From positions 22,441,648-22,505,647 of the forward strand of contig NC_092673.1 of NCBI RefSeq assembly GCF_964355755.1: 64,000 nucleotides of DNA. The letters run 5' to 3'. The stretch comes from Antedon mediterranea (Eukaryota; Animalia; Echinodermata). The notes below the pieces were generated by a model. It did not search any database and was not told the origin of the DNA. It saw only the letters and a list, made by a program, of their open reading frames with translations. The position numbers were made by a program, and so were the translations under genes. Shown here in pieces: positions 61,400 through 64,000 of the stretch; the stretch's first letter is position 1, and each line of letters starts with the position of its first letter.

Positions 61400-64000
61400 T
61401 AGTCTAAGTTAGGCAGAGAATAAGCATAAACCACATGCAGTGATTTAACCAACATTGCACACACACCAATTTGATGTTACAACCCCTACCTACAGTACTA
61501 CTAGTACTGTACTATTACTGTACCTAACCTAACTACCTACCTATCAGTTGTAAAATGTTATTTTCATGAAACTTGGTGCAAACCTAGCCACCTAAAGGTA
61601 AATAACAGCTTCACACTTGGACTATTATATCCAGTATAACCCAGGAGTACTTCTAAGGATGGGTGATAAAAAACATGATTAAATCCTTCAGTAACCAGGG
61701 ACGATGGGTAGAACTACTACAGTATCCTCTATTTTTCACAGACTAAATGTTAGTGCTCCCCTCGTTTAAAAAATTCCTGGATCTGCCTTGGTAAATTAAA
61801 TAAAACATGCCTCAAAATCCTGACATCAAATATGTCTCTTCAACAAATATAAACTAATCAAGCACAGAATATAAACATAAAAACCTTTAGACAATCAATA
61901 TCTATTCATCATCTTCATTGATCAAAAGTTAAAATCCTTACACAAGACATCACATTTTGCACAGTCAGCAAATACATAGAACCTACTTGAAGACTGATAC
62001 TGTAGATAATAAATATCTACCATTATTAAAATTTTCAGACAATCTCAACGTATGACTAATCTTAAAACATTCCACGAGTAACTGTAAACTTAATATTAAT
62101 TATTAATTGTAGCATGCATAAAAAACACAGATGCATGTCACATTCGCCAATTTTTATTCCCAAAGTTTCGATTTCAAACATAGCCAAGAGACAGAATATT
62201 TCAAAAAATATCATTCTAAAATGTTTTGGTTAATAATGCTGAAATATGTATTTCAATATTTTGTTATGATTTTGATCCAGGTAATAACAGACAGGTTTAA
62301 TAAAAGTTGAATTTAAAACAGTAGTAAAAATTGATTTTCCTCATTTTCAATTATCATAATTTGAATAAATCATCATAATATGGTAATTTATATAATGATG
62401 GAATTTCCTTTATTTTAATTGCCACACAGATACAGTATGCGCTAATCTTGTTGCTTGACAGTCACGTTTCGAACGAAAAGTCACTGTACACGCAATCTGA
62501 TGCAAACCTGTTTTTGTTTTGTTTGTTTTTAATTAAGATATTTTCCTTAAATATTAAGTATTTCACTTAACTCAATACATATGTGTATTTCCCTTAAATT
62601 GTATTCACTAATAGATAGGAGATAGATAAATGTTTCCCTTAGCTCAAGTGTGAATGGTAAATACGGCCACTGATCTGTAGCTGGACCGGAGCAGATGTGA
62701 AAGATTTTTTAATGTATAGTTAGTGTCGGGTGGCAATGCTCCTACAGCTACAGTGAGTCACCAGGTCCCAGCTCGAATCTCTTTTGTTCTAGACTAATAA
62801 AAGTAATTATCATTATAACAGGAAAGTGAGGCAATCACGAGCAGGCCACCTTATCTGTTCAAAGATGTCATTCGCTTATAAATAATATCTATGGTTGAAT
62901 TACTAACTGTGCAATAAATATTCTATTTTAGACAGATCCCCAAGAATTGTCTTGGCTACTTATATGAATTTCTATAAATAGCACTATAAAAAGAATTGGT
63001 GATGAATATTTAATGTAGGTATCAAAGCCACGTACTGTAATACAGGAATGCATAAGCGATAGTAATTAAAATTTAGACAATTATATTATCTACAGTATTG
63101 TTAGCTTATTGCAGTAGATAGGGGGGTTCTATAGACAACTAGCAACTTTTTACTTTCATGACGCGCTGCACGTCTATTAAGAAAAAGATCATTCTAAGCA
63201 TGCTCAGAATTATGTTTCGTGTAGTGGGCATGACTTAAAACTGGTGTATCTGTTTGGGCAATTTCTGCAGCCATATTGGACGGTTCCTCTCCATTTTTGA
63301 GCTGGGATTGTTTTAAAGTTTGACGTCTAGTTCATATTGTATGTCTAGGTTATGTTTATAATTTTTACACTTTATAATTGCTCAATATCTATAAAATTTA
63401 TGAAACCTTACAAAAAAAATGTTTTGAGATAATTCTAAGAATATTAATAATGAAAGAGCAAGGTTCATGGTAACTATCTGTACAATTTTAGAACGAGCTC
63501 ACAGAGAGAGTTGTGAAAAGCTGTCAAAATAATTATAAATATCTTAACATGAAAATGGAAATGGCACGAATGAAACACATTCTAATAAACTTTATTGAAA
63601 GAGAATTGTTCTCTAGAGGGTTACATTATTGATTTATAGCTCCATAATGTTGAAAGCCAATTTGTTGTCTATAATATACTTAGCACGATTCACCTTAGAA
63701 TGTATAAAATGTTTCAACATTTAAGGTTAATGAAAACTGCAATTGGTTCACAAAATAACCCCTGTATCAGGGGGATTACCACCTATTTAATAGGCCAGTG
63801 ATTAATTTACTATTGGTAATCCTTGGCCACATGTGCCTAAACACAAAAAAAAAAAATTGGTACTGTTTGTGCACCAAAAACGTTTTATTTTGCTATTGCA
63901 GTAAAACCTCTATTAAGGGAACACCTTCTAGTAACCCAAAATAGCTTATAGGGTCACCTGATTGGCTGTAGGCTGTAAAAACATCTATACCCTCTTGTTT

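Noticed and set aside
59606-64000. RABGAP1 PTB-domain exons
   Set aside because: No recognisable PTB-coding segment found; presumably beyond the window end

Overview
AT-rich, intron-rich animal genomic DNA, probably from an invertebrate deuterostome; the organism cannot be fixed from sequence alone. Four protein-coding genes were reconstructed by hand with consistent GT-AG splice sites and phases. (1) The 5' three coding exons of whirlin (WHRN, - strand), running off the left edge. (2) A complete 11-coding-exon AKNA/AKNAD1-like gene (+, about 1564 aa), head-to-head with WHRN. (3) Sixteen exons of RABGAP1/RABGAP1L (-), with the N-terminal PTB exons beyond the right edge. (4) A GPR21/GPR52-type orphan GPCR (+) nested antisense in the 14.4-kb RABGAP1 intron. 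The rest is a 5'-truncated LINE with an open RT frame, L2/CR1 remnants, tRNA-derived and Deu-type SINEs, several MITE families and two minisatellites. Highlights: the conserved RABGAP1-GPR21/52 nesting and WHRN-AKNA-RABGAP1 linkage; a cluster of candidate frame-preserving microexons in one RABGAP1 intron; a tandem array of copies of a TBC exon 3' half plus its donor site; a tandem Polo-box-type STP array in AKNA; and two P-element-like excision footprints.
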